Shown in pieces: positions 1-8,595 of a stretch of DNA of 64,000 nt. This DNA comes from an uncultured Bacteroidaceae bacterium (GTDB taxonomy: Bacteria > Bacteroidota > Bacteroidia > Bacteroidales > GCA-2748055). The stretch covers positions 181,754 through 245,753 of the forward strand of contig CAYZMH010000001.1 of the NCBI GenBank assembly GCA_964479445.1, in the 5' to 3' direction. A program made the translations under genes and the position numbers. Under the pieces are notes generated by a model. That model saw nothing but the letters and a program-made list of their open reading frames with translations, made no database searches and was not told the origin of the DNA. The first letter of the stretch is position 1; the number at the start of each line of letters is the position of its first letter.

Positions 1-389
1 GAAGCAACATGCAGGTAGACAGGCCGGGTTAAGAGGGTGTCAATTATTGCATTATACCGAAATATAACTGGTTGAGCCGGAATGGTCAAAGTTCCCGTAT
101 CAAAAGTGGAAACCCGGTAGGTATGCAGATAGACATCTGCAGAATCCTGATCCAGGGTATCCCTGCGCACTGTTTCAAGGATCTCAATTTCACGGGTAAG
201 GGTATCCTCATAGACGGGCATACTGACTGCACTATTATGATGTGCTGTTACCTTCAGGGTAAAATCTGTCTGTTCTCCTATAAGGAGAGAGTCTTCCGAC
301 AGGGATGACTTCACCGATACCAGTTGTCCGTTTGAAGGAATGGTAAAACCCAGTAGTAACCATGCTATGATGATCGTGGTATGCTTCAT
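1..389 (-). CDS. secreted hypothetical protein, N-terminal part only (gene runs off the left edge); third gene of the MoxR/DUF58 Bat-like cluster
   Basis: Own minus-strand translation from the ATG at 389, which abuts the DUF58 stop (TAGATG): MKHTTIIIAWLLLGFTIPSNGQLVSVKSSLSEDSLLIGEQTDFTLKV... The N-terminus looks like a signal peptide and the frame stays open to position 1. It is absent from the ORF track because it is truncated. Confidence 0.5.
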   Translation of the reverse strand, partial: MKHTTIIIAWLLLGFTIPSNGQLVSVKSSLSEDSLLIGEQTDFTLKVTAHHNSAVSMPVYEDTLTREIEILETVRRDTLDQDSADVYLHTYRVSTFDTGTLTIPAQPVIFRYNAIIDTLLTRPVYLHVA

Positions 390-1265
390 CTATGATTCAC
401 GTTTTTTAAATAACCGGATAAGCGGTTTTACATAGTCAGTACCGGTCATGACCGAAACATAATCCACCCCGGAACGCCGGAAAATATCTTCCATCATTTC
501 CAGGTGGCTCTTCCACTTCATGGAATAGGCATAACGCACTTTTTTTGACCGGGTGTCTACCCACTTCTCTTCTCCGGTCTCATTATTCCTGATCTTTAAC
601 AATCCTACAGGGGGCAGCTCCTTTTCGCGCCGGTCATAAATGTGCAGAGCAGCCAGGTCATGTTTGTTCCCGGCTATCTGCATTGACCTTGCATAGCCTT
701 TATCCCTGAAATCGGAGATCAGAAAAGCAGTACACCGTTTTTTAATGACATTGGTAAGATATCGCAAACTCTCCGCAATCTGGGTCCCCGAGCTGGTCGG
801 CTGAAATTCCAGCAATTCACTGATGATACGCAGGATGTGTTTACGCCCCTTTTGCGGCGGGATAAACCGTTCTATTCGATCGCTGAATAAAATGACCCCA
901 ATCTTATCATTGTTTTCAATAGCTGAGAATGAGAGTACGGCAGCTATTTCGGTAATAAGGTCTTTTTTAAACTGAACAGATGTTCCGAAGGCCCCTGAAC
1001 CACTAACATCGATTAGCAGCATCACCGTTAATTCACGCTCTTCTTCAAAGACTTTTATATAAGGGTGATTAAACCGTGCCGTTACATTCCAGTCAATATT
1101 CCGTATATCATCGCCATATTGGTATTCCCTCACCTCGGAAAAAGTCATCCCTTTCCCTTTGAAGGCACTATGATATTCACCGGCAAAAACCTGGCGGGTC
1201 AGGCCCCGGGATTTAATCTCAATTTTACGTACTTTTTTTAACAGGTCTGCTTTACTACTCACCAT
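390..1265 (-). CDS. DUF58 domain protein (vWA-like partner of MoxR ATPases)
   Basis: ORF 390..1316. The motif EYQYGDDIRNIDWNVTAR followed by LLIDVSGS is typical of DUF58. I placed the start at the internal ATG 1265 (MVSSKADLL), which avoids overlap with the upstream ORF ending at 1274. Confidence 0.8.
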   Translation of the reverse strand: MVSSKADLLKKVRKIEIKSRGLTRQVFAGEYHSAFKGKGMTFSEVREYQYGDDIRNIDWNVTARFNHPYIKVFEEERELTVMLLIDVSGSGAFGTSVQFKKDLITEIAAVLSFSAIENNDKIGVILFSDRIERFIPPQKGRKHILRIISELLEFQPTSSGTQIAESLRYLTNVIKKRCTAFLISDFRDKGYARSMQIAGNKHDLAALHIYDRREKELPPVGLLKIRNNETGEEKWVDTRSKKVRYAYSMKWKSHLEMMEDIFRRSGVDYVSVMTGTDYVKPLIRLFKKRES

Positions 1266-1273
1266 CGTTTCCG

Positions 1274-1690
1274 CTATTGTTCTTTTATTTTGGATTCCCG
1301 GATGGTAAAATACCAATCCTGCTCCTCCAGCTGGATCAGGAACTCATCGCCACTGTATTGATGCTTCCATTGGAATTTATCGGCCTTCTCATATTTTTCG
1401 TCCAGCTCATCCATTATAAAATCATACTCGGAGTAATCGCATACCTTTTTTGAGGAGGTACAAACATCCTGCTCGTTGAAGTAGATGATCCATGTAATGG
1501 TCTGGCTGTTATTTACATATTTCAGATAATTATAGGCTTGCTTAACCACGGATCGATCGGGATGAAAGTCTTTATGTTGTTCTTTCATAATCGCCCTGAC
1601 TTCCTCTTTCGACTGATCGATAAAAGGCTGTGCATGCAAGGTTCCGCTAATGAGAATGGCAATTCCAACTATGATCCATTTCATTTTCAA
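1274..1690 (-). CDS. small secreted hypothetical protein inserted between MoxR and DUF58
   Basis: 138-aa ORF with a signal peptide (MKMKWIIVGIAILISGTLHAQ). It is co-directional with its neighbours, with gaps of 7 and 8 nt. I recognise no family. Confidence 0.55.
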   Translation of the reverse strand: MKMKWIIVGIAILISGTLHAQPFIDQSKEEVRAIMKEQHKDFHPDRSVVKQAYNYLKYVNNSQTITWIIYFNEQDVCTSSKKVCDYSEYDFIMDELDEKYEKADKFQWKHQYSGDEFLIQLEEQDWYFTIRESKIKEQ

Positions 1691-1697
1691 TCATTTT

Positions 1698-2693
1698 TTA
1701 TGGCACTTCAACGTGATTTAAGATCTCCGCAATGATATCCTCGGAGGTAATGTTATCTGCTTCAGCCTCATAGGTAAGGCCGATCCGGTGTCTGATCACG
1801 TCACCACATACAGCACGGACATCTTCCGGGACCACGTATCCACGGCGCTTAATGAATGCAAATGCTTTCGCTGCTTTGGCAAGGTTGATGCTGGCCCGTG
1901 GTGATGCACCGTATTGGATCATAGGAATAAATTGTCCCAGTCCAGCTTTATCAGGGGTCCGGGTAGCGAAGACAATATCCAGGATATAGTTTTCAATTTT
2001 TTCATCAATGTATACTTCCTGCACCACTTTCCTGGCTTTCAGAATATCATCCGGCCGGAGAATAGCAGAGGGTTTGGGAAATTCTTTAGAAAGGTTCTCC
2101 CTCATGATTGTTCGCTCTTCCTCCCTGGCAGGATATCCCACGATCACTTTTAGCATGAAACGGTCTACCTGTGCCTCGGGCAGTGGATAGGTTCCTTCCT
2201 GTTCAATGGGATTCTGTGTGGCAAGAACGAGAAAAGGACGATCCAACTCGTGGGTCTCTTCACCAATGGTAACCTGTTTTTCCTGCATCGCTTCAAGCAG
2301 CGCACTCTGGACTTTCGCAGGAGACCGGTTGATCTCGTCTGCCAGCACCAAATTGGCAAATACAGGGCCTTTTTTTACTACGAATTGTTCGTTTTTCTGG
2401 CTGTAAATCATGGTGCCAATCAGATCTGCAGGCAGGAGGTCTGGAGTAAACTGAATCCTGCTGAAACGTGCATCTATGGTTTGTGCGAGTGTTGAAATGG
2501 CCAGTGTTTTTGCAAGTCCGGGAACTCCCTCCAGCAGGATATGACCGTCCGATAACAATCCAATCAACAACCGCTCTAACAGCTGCTTTTGACCCACAAT
2601 CACTTTCTTCATCTCCAAATTGATCAGGTCCACAAATTCGCTTTCCTGTTTGATCCTGTCATTCAATTCTTTAATATTCAATGAATCATTCAT
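1698..2693 (-). CDS. MoxR-family AAA+ ATPase
   Basis: Walker A GVPGLAKT, Walker B/MoxR signature LLADEINRSPAKVQSALLEAMQE. Start taken at ATG 2693 (MNDSLNIKEL); the ORF track extends to 2762. Confidence 0.9.
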   Translation of the reverse strand: MNDSLNIKELNDRIKQESEFVDLINLEMKKVIVGQKQLLERLLIGLLSDGHILLEGVPGLAKTLAISTLAQTIDARFSRIQFTPDLLPADLIGTMIYSQKNEQFVVKKGPVFANLVLADEINRSPAKVQSALLEAMQEKQVTIGEETHELDRPFLVLATQNPIEQEGTYPLPEAQVDRFMLKVIVGYPAREEERTIMRENLSKEFPKPSAILRPDDILKARKVVQEVYIDEKIENYILDIVFATRTPDKAGLGQFIPMIQYGASPRASINLAKAAKAFAFIKRRGYVVPEDVRAVCGDVIRHRIGLTYEAEADNITSEDIIAEILNHVEVP

Positions 2694-2738
2694 GCTTAAC
2701 TGTATTTGTAGATATACATCCAGGTTATGTTTAAAATA

Positions 2739-2746
2739 CAAAAATA
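2739..2746 (-). promoter_or_regulatory. candidate Bacteroidota -7 box (TATTTTTG) for the moxR cluster
   Basis: Plus-strand CAAAAATA is the reverse complement of TAnnTTTG. It lies 46 nt upstream of ATG 2693. Confidence 0.3.
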
Positions 2747-2868
2747 ACCCAGGATCGCTCATTCGGGCGTTATAGCATGTTAAAAATTGTTAAGGGTTGT
2801 CATGTGTAAAAAACCATAGTATCCGTTTTAAAATCTATATCTTTACCGGTCGGGAAAAGCCGAATACT

Positions 2869-3618
2869 ATGTTCCGATATTTTATTCAACTGGCCTATGA
2901 CGGATCCGGCTATCATGGATGGCAGGTGCAACCGAATGCTCCTACCATACAGGGTACGGTAGAGGAGTGTCTCTCCAGGGTGCTTCGGGAAAAACTAAGT
3001 GTGACAGGTGCCGGAAGGACCGATGCCGGGGTGCATGCATCCTACTTTGTGGCACATCTGGACAGCCATTCCAGGGATCTTGACCAGCAACCCGGATTGC
3101 TTTATCGGCTGAACAGTGTTCTTCCGCGGGATATTGTGATTAAGAATATTAAACGTGTCGATAATAGACTCCATGCGAGATTTTCTGCATCTTACAGGAC
3201 TTACAGGTATCACCTTGCAAGCACGAAACCACTGTTTAATCGAAGTTACTGCTATCACTATCCGGTGAAACTATCTCATTCTGCACTTCAGGATGCATGT
3301 GATGTGGTAAAAAGGTACTCAGATTTTACCAGCTTCAGCAAGTTGCATACCGAGGTACGGACCAATAACTGCCAAATTATGGAGGCGGGCTGGACCAGGG
3401 AAGATGAAGAGTATGTTTTTGAGATCAGGGCTGATCGTTTTTTGAGAAATATGGTACGATCCATGGTGGGGACCATGCTGGATGTTGGAAGCGGAAAGAA
3501 GTCTGTTTCTGAATTACAGGGTATTATCGAGGCCAGGGATCGAAGTCTCGCCGGAATGTCTGCTCCTGCAAGAGGACTGTTTATTGTGGATATCGGTTAT
3601 CCGGGATCCCTCTTTTAA
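2869..3618 (+). CDS. truA: tRNA pseudouridine(38-40) synthase TruA
   Basis: MFRYFIQLAYDGSGYHGWQVQPN ... GAGRTDAGVHA (catalytic Asp motif). Start at ATG 2869, inside ORF 2797..3618. Confidence 0.9.
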   Translation: MFRYFIQLAYDGSGYHGWQVQPNAPTIQGTVEECLSRVLREKLSVTGAGRTDAGVHASYFVAHLDSHSRDLDQQPGLLYRLNSVLPRDIVIKNIKRVDNRLHARFSASYRTYRYHLASTKPLFNRSYCYHYPVKLSHSALQDACDVVKRYSDFTSFSKLHTEVRTNNCQIMEAGWTREDEEYVFEIRADRFLRNMVRSMVGTMLDVGSGKKSVSELQGIIEARDRSLAGMSAPARGLFIVDIGYPGSLF

Positions 3619-4359
3619 TCATTCTGATTTCTCGAACGAAATCCTGCAGATAAAACAAATCGTATCTCCATCGTTTTTGAGTCCGCGTATCATAGCGGTT
3701 TGCCGATCGGGTTCGGCTACCTGTAACTCAATGGTATCATTGCTTGAAGACTCCTTCATATAGTTAATTTCCAGGGTTTTTATCTTGCCCGGATAACTGT
3801 TTTTTGCAATAAGGGCATCAAGACTCCACTCTATATACTTAACATTATTCACATGCCCTACTACATCCAGGTCGGAATAAAGGACCCTGTGTTTACCAAG
3901 TGGTAACCAGTGGACAGGAGTTACCAGCTTTTCAGGATTACCAGGAAAGACTCCCTTGTTTCTGACAGGTATATTCAATGCATCAAAACTGAACCTGACA
4001 GGCCGGTGGTTTTCCCTGTTCAATACCAGCCAGCTTGTTGCACCACTTGCCAGTGTGGTATCGGAAAGATCTTTGACCAGGTAGTCACGCAGAGCAAAAA
4101 GTTTGTCTGTTCCCCTGGGCCACGTTTCAACGACAATTTCCTGGTTCCATTCGGGCATCGATACAACTTCGATTTTCATACGAGCCAGTACCCAGACCTG
4201 TCCGGACCGTTCCAGGTCGTGATAGCCTAATCCGAGGAGATTTGCATGATGGTAAGCTGTCTCCTGGAAATAATGGGCCAAGCTTGTTAACCTGGCACGA
4301 CCTTCCGGAGATACATCGAATGAAGCAATCCTGAATTTTTGGGAATAAGTATCCTGCAT
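3619..4359 (-). CDS. acyl-ACP thioesterase family protein
   Basis: 246 aa. The N-terminus (FRIASFDVSPEGRARLTSLAHYFQETAYHHANLLGLG) and the double hot-dog layout are typical of the Acyl-ACP_TE family. Its stop abuts the truA stop with a 0-nt gap. Confidence 0.75.
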   Translation of the reverse strand: MQDTYSQKFRIASFDVSPEGRARLTSLAHYFQETAYHHANLLGLGYHDLERSGQVWVLARMKIEVVSMPEWNQEIVVETWPRGTDKLFALRDYLVKDLSDTTLASGATSWLVLNRENHRPVRFSFDALNIPVRNKGVFPGNPEKLVTPVHWLPLGKHRVLYSDLDVVGHVNNVKYIEWSLDALIAKNSYPGKIKTLEINYMKESSSNDTIELQVAEPDRQTAMIRGLKNDGDTICFICRISFEKSE

Positions 4360-4363
4360 GTTG

Positions 4364-5137
4364 TCAGTGTTCAGAAGAGTGGTTTAGCGTATCCTGCCGG
4401 TTCCATATTAGCCACGATGCTTCAGCCTGGTAGATCAGCATTTTTTTGCCGTTTATGGTAGATGCACCACGGCTTCGTCCCTCTTTGAGAAATCGGGTCT
4501 CAGGCGGATTGTAGATGAGGTCAAACAAATAATGTTCAGGAGTAAGTGCATCATAAGGTATACCGGGTACTTCTTCGGTATGGGGATACATACCCAGCGG
4601 TGTGGTGTTGACCACAAGGCGTGACGAAGTGATAATATCCTGTGTAAGATCACTGTATGTGATAGTATCCGGCCCTCTTTTCCGGCTTACCTTTTGAATT
4701 TTTATATCGTTTTTTTTCAGAATATGAATTACAGCTTTTGATGCTCCGCCGGTGCCAAGCACCAATGCTTTGGGTGGAAGCTCCGGAAGGTTTTCTAAAA
4801 GCGATTTCTCAAAACCGGTAGTGTCGGTGTTGTGCCCCACCAGGGCAAGCATACCTGATCTCCTGCAAAAACAGATGGTATTAACCGCCCCGATAGCTCG
4901 TGCATCATCGCTTAGGGCGTCCAGGTACTTGATAACCTGCTCCTTATAAGGGATTGTTACATTGAGCCCTTTTAAGTTTTTTACAGAATGACATAAATTG
5001 TGAAATTCTTCTATGGTGGGGATTGGATAGTTTTCATAGCTCACACCGGTCCTGTTTTCCCTGAGGAATTTCTCTTCAAAATAGGATTTTGAAAAACTGT
5101 GCTCCAGTGGGTATCCGATGAGTCCGTATCTCTCCAT
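4364..5137 (-). CDS. aroE: shikimate dehydrogenase
   Basis: YGLIGYPLEHSFSKSYF, NVTIPYK and LVLGTGGASKAV motifs. Start at ATG 5137 (MERYGLIG), inside ORF 4364..5230. Confidence 0.85.
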   Translation of the reverse strand: MERYGLIGYPLEHSFSKSYFEEKFLRENRTGVSYENYPIPTIEEFHNLCHSVKNLKGLNVTIPYKEQVIKYLDALSDDARAIGAVNTICFCRRSGMLALVGHNTDTTGFEKSLLENLPELPPKALVLGTGGASKAVIHILKKNDIKIQKVSRKRGPDTITYSDLTQDIITSSRLVVNTTPLGMYPHTEEVPGIPYDALTPEHYLFDLIYNPPETRFLKEGRSRGASTINGKKMLIYQAEASWLIWNRQDTLNHSSEH

Positions 5138-5165
5138 AAAAAAATTCCTGCAATGGTTGTTATTA

Positions 5166-6119
5166 TTATGATTCGTCCGGGGTACGGTTTGCTTCCGGGT
5201 TATTTCCCAGGCGCCGGGAGACCAATTCAATGGCGGTGATCAATACTATACCGGCCGCCATCAATGCTATAGCCTCCCAGAACTGGTTTGAGGGATCACC
5301 CGGTGTTGGGATGATATTCTTCTCCAGCAATGGCTTTTCGTGGCCTTCGATCATAATGGTACTAACCGTCTTTTTCCATGGCCAGATTTTGTTCAGTGAG
5401 CCAATCATAAAGCCCGCCAGCACAGCTACAGTTACATCGTGGAATTTTTTTAGCAACCAGGAAAGCAATTTTGCAAAACTGATTAATCCTGCCACCGCTC
5501 CGAGCAACAGTAATAGAAGTGGAAATAATTCCAATTCATTCACCGCATTGAGAGCAAACTGATATTTTCCCAGGAGCAACAGGATAAAACTTCCTGAAAT
5601 TCCCGGCAGGATCATGGCACAACTGGCCAATGCCCCGGCGATAAAAATAAACCAGGCAGATTCGGTAGTTTGTGCCGGGGTGATACTTGTAATATAGAAC
5701 GCTGTTCCCACACCCGCCATGAGAGCTACCACTTTTGTGTAGTTCCATGAATCTATCTTCCGTGCCACAATAAGAGAGGAGGCCACAATGAGACCGAAAA
5801 AGAAAGACCAGATGAGCGTGGGATAAGTGGTCAGCAAATGCTCCAGGATTTGCGCCAGGGATACGACTGAGATCAGGACTCCCGTGAAAACAGCTATCAG
5901 GAAAGAACCATTGATGTGTCTCCAGAACGATCTCCATTTTCCCGTAAAAAAGAAACGTACTGCATGGCTGTCAAAAGAGCGTATGGCATGAACAAGCTCT
6001 TCATAGATGCCCGTTATAAAAGCAATCGTGCCCCCCGACACTCCCGGGACAACATCAGCAGCTCCCATGCCCATTCCCTTCAGGGAAGTTAGTAAATACT
6101 TATTGATTCTTTTGATCAC
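5166..6119 (-). CDS. DUF368 family integral membrane protein
   Basis: GMGMGAADVVPGVSGGTIAFITGIYEEL is the DUF368 signature, and the protein has multiple TM helices. The ORF-track start at 6200 would overlap comA by 65 nt. A GTG at 6119 (VIKRINKYLL) gives the usual N-terminal length, but the start remains uncertain. Confidence 0.7.
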   Translation of the reverse strand: MIKRINKYLLTSLKGMGMGAADVVPGVSGGTIAFITGIYEELVHAIRSFDSHAVRFFFTGKWRSFWRHINGSFLIAVFTGVLISVVSLAQILEHLLTTYPTLIWSFFFGLIVASSLIVARKIDSWNYTKVVALMAGVGTAFYITSITPAQTTESAWFIFIAGALASCAMILPGISGSFILLLLGKYQFALNAVNELELFPLLLLLLGAVAGLISFAKLLSWLLKKFHDVTVAVLAGFMIGSLNKIWPWKKTVSTIMIEGHEKPLLEKNIIPTPGDPSNQFWEAIALMAAGIVLITAIELVSRRLGNNPEANRTPDES

Positions 6120-6135
6120 GTGCTTAAATGAGATG

Positions 6136-6921
6136 CTAGAGTTTACGATCCTGAAATTGATCGGGCAGATAATCGAAGAAGGTATCTCCGCGCATGCCAC
6201 ATCGAAGTGCTTCCAATGCCACTACTTCGTGTGGAGCAATATTGCCGAGGCTGACATTGGCTCCTACCAGTTTAATAAACATTACCTGCTGCGCCTTATT
6301 GGGCGCTTCCCATATAACATCATCTACGGAGATATGTTTCATGATGGCGTCTATAAGATCTTTGTTTGCCGTACCATCTGCGTTGTAGATCCCAATAGTT
6401 CCCGATTCCCGTGCCTCGGCGATCACTTTCCAGGAACCGGCATCCAGTTCGGACTTCATATTTTGTACCCATACATCATTGGGAATAACCAATCCCTTTA
6501 CTTTTGTACCGACCTCGGAGAGTACGGTTCGGTCGCTGGAAAGATCAGCTATGATATTCAATTTTTCTTCATGTTCCATTTTTATGGAACCATCGGATAC
6601 CTCCACGGTATCCACCTCAAATTGATCAAGGAATCTTTTGTAGTGGTCCAGTTCATCTCTTACCGCAAACATTTCGAAAAGTGTTCCTCCAAAATAGACC
6701 CGCATGCCGGCACTCCTGTAGATGTTGATTTTTTCTTTCAATTGAGAAGTTACCAGGGCTGTTCCGAAACCAAGTTTTACCAGGTCAGTATAATCTCCGG
6801 CGGCATCGGAAAAATGCTCGGCCTCTTTTAAACTCAATCCTTTATCCATCATCATGGTAAGTCCTTTATCACGTTCTTTCTCCGAACGTTGGGGAATGTG
6901 GGATATGGGAAAATTCAGCAT
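6136..6921 (-). CDS. comA: (2R)-phospho-3-sulfolactate synthase (ComA) family protein
   Basis: PQRSEKERDKGLTMMMDKGLS ... YTDLVKLGFGTA ... VEVSDGSI matches my memory of the ComA/PF02679 family. Confidence 0.7.
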   Translation of the reverse strand: MLNFPISHIPQRSEKERDKGLTMMMDKGLSLKEAEHFSDAAGDYTDLVKLGFGTALVTSQLKEKINIYRSAGMRVYFGGTLFEMFAVRDELDHYKRFLDQFEVDTVEVSDGSIKMEHEEKLNIIADLSSDRTVLSEVGTKVKGLVIPNDVWVQNMKSELDAGSWKVIAEARESGTIGIYNADGTANKDLIDAIMKHISVDDVIWEAPNKAQQVMFIKLVGANVSLGNIAPHEVVALEALRCGMRGDTFFDYLPDQFQDRKL

Positions 6922-6926
6922 AATCG

Positions 6927-8339
6927 TCAGGATTTATACTTATTGATGATTGCACGTATATCAGGCTCCTGCAAAGGAGCAGGGATATAATATTCGAATT
7001 CGGTATAAACGGTATCGCTGATTGATAAGGCACGTTTGAGGAAAGAAATTCCCAGCTTCTCATTCCCGCTTTTAATATGGGCTACAGCCAGCTTAACCGC
7101 AATATTCTCATCCCCTGAAAAATGAGTATAAGCCTCCCGGAGCACGGGGATTACTTTATCAAACATACCTTCCTGGAGCATCAGGCCGGTAAGCCCCATC
7201 CAGGCTTCCCTGTCATCCGGATCTTTCTTCGTTACGTGTTTAAAGCACGTAATAGCTTCCTTGTTCATGCCGGCTTCTTCGTATATATAGCCGAGGTTAA
7301 GCCAGTAATCCAGGTTCTTATTATCAAATTCAAGGGCTTTCAATATGTAGGCAATGGCTTCTTTATAGGTGTTTTTATGATAGTAGATCATTCCGGCACC
7401 AAACCACCCTTCTGCGTCGGTATTATCTATCTCTATCACCTTTTTGTAAGTCTCCAGGGCCTCTTCGTAACGACCAAGGTGTTCATAGCAATCACCCAGG
7501 TAGCAGATTGCCTGTGTATTGTCCGTCTCTATTTCAATGAATTCATGAAATGATTCGGCCGCTTTGTCGTATCGGTCCAGGCTTGCCCATGCATTGGCCT
7601 TATTGAAATAGGCAGATGCATAATCAGGATTGAGAGCAATGGAATAGTCATACGCTTCAATTGCCTGTCGGTACTGTTTCAGCTTAAATAAAACCACCCC
7701 CAGGTTATACCATACATTCTCCGAAAACGGATCGATATCCAGGTACCTGTTATAGAACCCGATACTATCCTCATACCTGTACACCCTTTCATGGAAGTAC
7801 CCCAGGTCATATAGAACGGAAAGGCTGTCGGGACTTATTTCCAGGGCCTGATTGAGATATTTTATGGCTAATTTAAAATGCCGGGCATTCTCAAATGCAA
7901 TGGAGATATTGATCAATGCATCAAATACATCATCGGTGGCAATGGAAAGTGCGTGGTCAAAACTCTTTTCCGCTTCTTTGTGCTTGCCGCTAAGGCACAG
8001 GGCTGTACCCGTCAGGAAATGAAATTCTGAATTGGCATGCTCCCAGGCAGGAATCTCTTTTAACACTGAAAGAGCCTTTCTGGATTTGCCCTGTTCGATA
8101 TGTATATGAACGATCTTGTACTTGATCTCCACCGATGCAGGATGCTGACTTGATCCTAACTCGGCTGCTTTATTGGCCTCTTCAAACTCAAAATCATCCA
8201 GAAAGTAATCGATGATCTGCTCGAATTCCTCTACATCAAAGAAAGCAGAAATGGTTCCGTTTTTTAGCTTCTCATATTTTTGCAATAGCATCCTGAACTC
8301 ATCGCTCTCGTAAACCGGCTCTCTGAAATCACTCATCAA
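6927..8339 (-). CDS. tetratricopeptide (TPR) repeat protein
   Basis: 470 aa with many 34-aa W/Y-xx-G-xx-Y-xxxxx-Y-xx-A-I-xx-Y/F-xxx-L/I-xxxP units (for example AWYNLGVVLFKLKQYRQAIEAYDYSIALNPDYA). Confidence 0.8.
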   Translation of the reverse strand: MMSDFREPVYESDEFRMLLQKYEKLKNGTISAFFDVEEFEQIIDYFLDDFEFEEANKAAELGSSQHPASVEIKYKIVHIHIEQGKSRKALSVLKEIPAWEHANSEFHFLTGTALCLSGKHKEAEKSFDHALSIATDDVFDALINISIAFENARHFKLAIKYLNQALEISPDSLSVLYDLGYFHERVYRYEDSIGFYNRYLDIDPFSENVWYNLGVVLFKLKQYRQAIEAYDYSIALNPDYASAYFNKANAWASLDRYDKAAESFHEFIEIETDNTQAICYLGDCYEHLGRYEEALETYKKVIEIDNTDAEGWFGAGMIYYHKNTYKEAIAYILKALEFDNKNLDYWLNLGYIYEEAGMNKEAITCFKHVTKKDPDDREAWMGLTGLMLQEGMFDKVIPVLREAYTHFSGDENIAVKLAVAHIKSGNEKLGISFLKRALSISDTVYTEFEYYIPAPLQEPDIRAIINKYKS

Positions 8340-8357
8340 TTATGATTTATGAATGTG

Positions 8358-8365
8358 CAAAGATA
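8358..8365 (-). promoter_or_regulatory. candidate -7 box (TATCTTTG) for the TPR-comA-DUF368-aroE string
   Basis: Plus-strand CAAAGATA is the reverse complement of TAnnTTTG. It lies 19 nt upstream of ATG 8339. Confidence 0.35.
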
Positions 8366-8505
8366 TAAATAATGAAACGCAATTATTCTCCCCTGGTAAT
8401 AATTAACGTTCTTTTCAGGTTGTTCCCCGGTACAAATATAGAGATCGGAAGGGACGGACCAAAGTAATATGGGCCTGCTGTTCTTAAAGTAATTAACAAT
8501 GTTGT

Positions 8506-8570
8506 AAAAACAAGGTGCGCAGGTCCTGATATACCAGATTGCCTACTTTCCATCATGGACCTTGCGCACC
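8506..8570 (-). terminator. long-loop inverted repeat plus T5, possible terminator of the 8596..9330 gene
   Basis: GGTGCGCAGGTCC (8514-8526) pairs with GGACCTTGCGCACC (8557-8570), with one bulge and a 30-nt loop. On the minus strand it is followed by TTGTTTTT. Confidence 0.35.
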
Positions 8571-8595
8571 TCTTGGGAGAAAAACAGGTATTCGC

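Noticed and set aside
72-308. 78-aa plus-strand ORF at the left edge
   Set aside because: The opposite strand carries an open frame starting at ATG 389 that is translationally abutted to DUF58 and has a signal peptide. The plus-strand ORF is the shadow.
3616-3621. truA and the thioesterase gene end back-to-back with a 0-nt gap; the GT gene and the 76-aa membrane protein gene overlap by 4 nt at 16378-16381
   Set aside because: Tight convergent packing without terminators is common in compact bacterial genomes. I noted it but do not consider it a distinct feature.
6007-6831. 274-aa plus-strand ORF
   Set aside because: Antisense to comA and the DUF368 N-terminus. The real genes have family signatures and this ORF has none.
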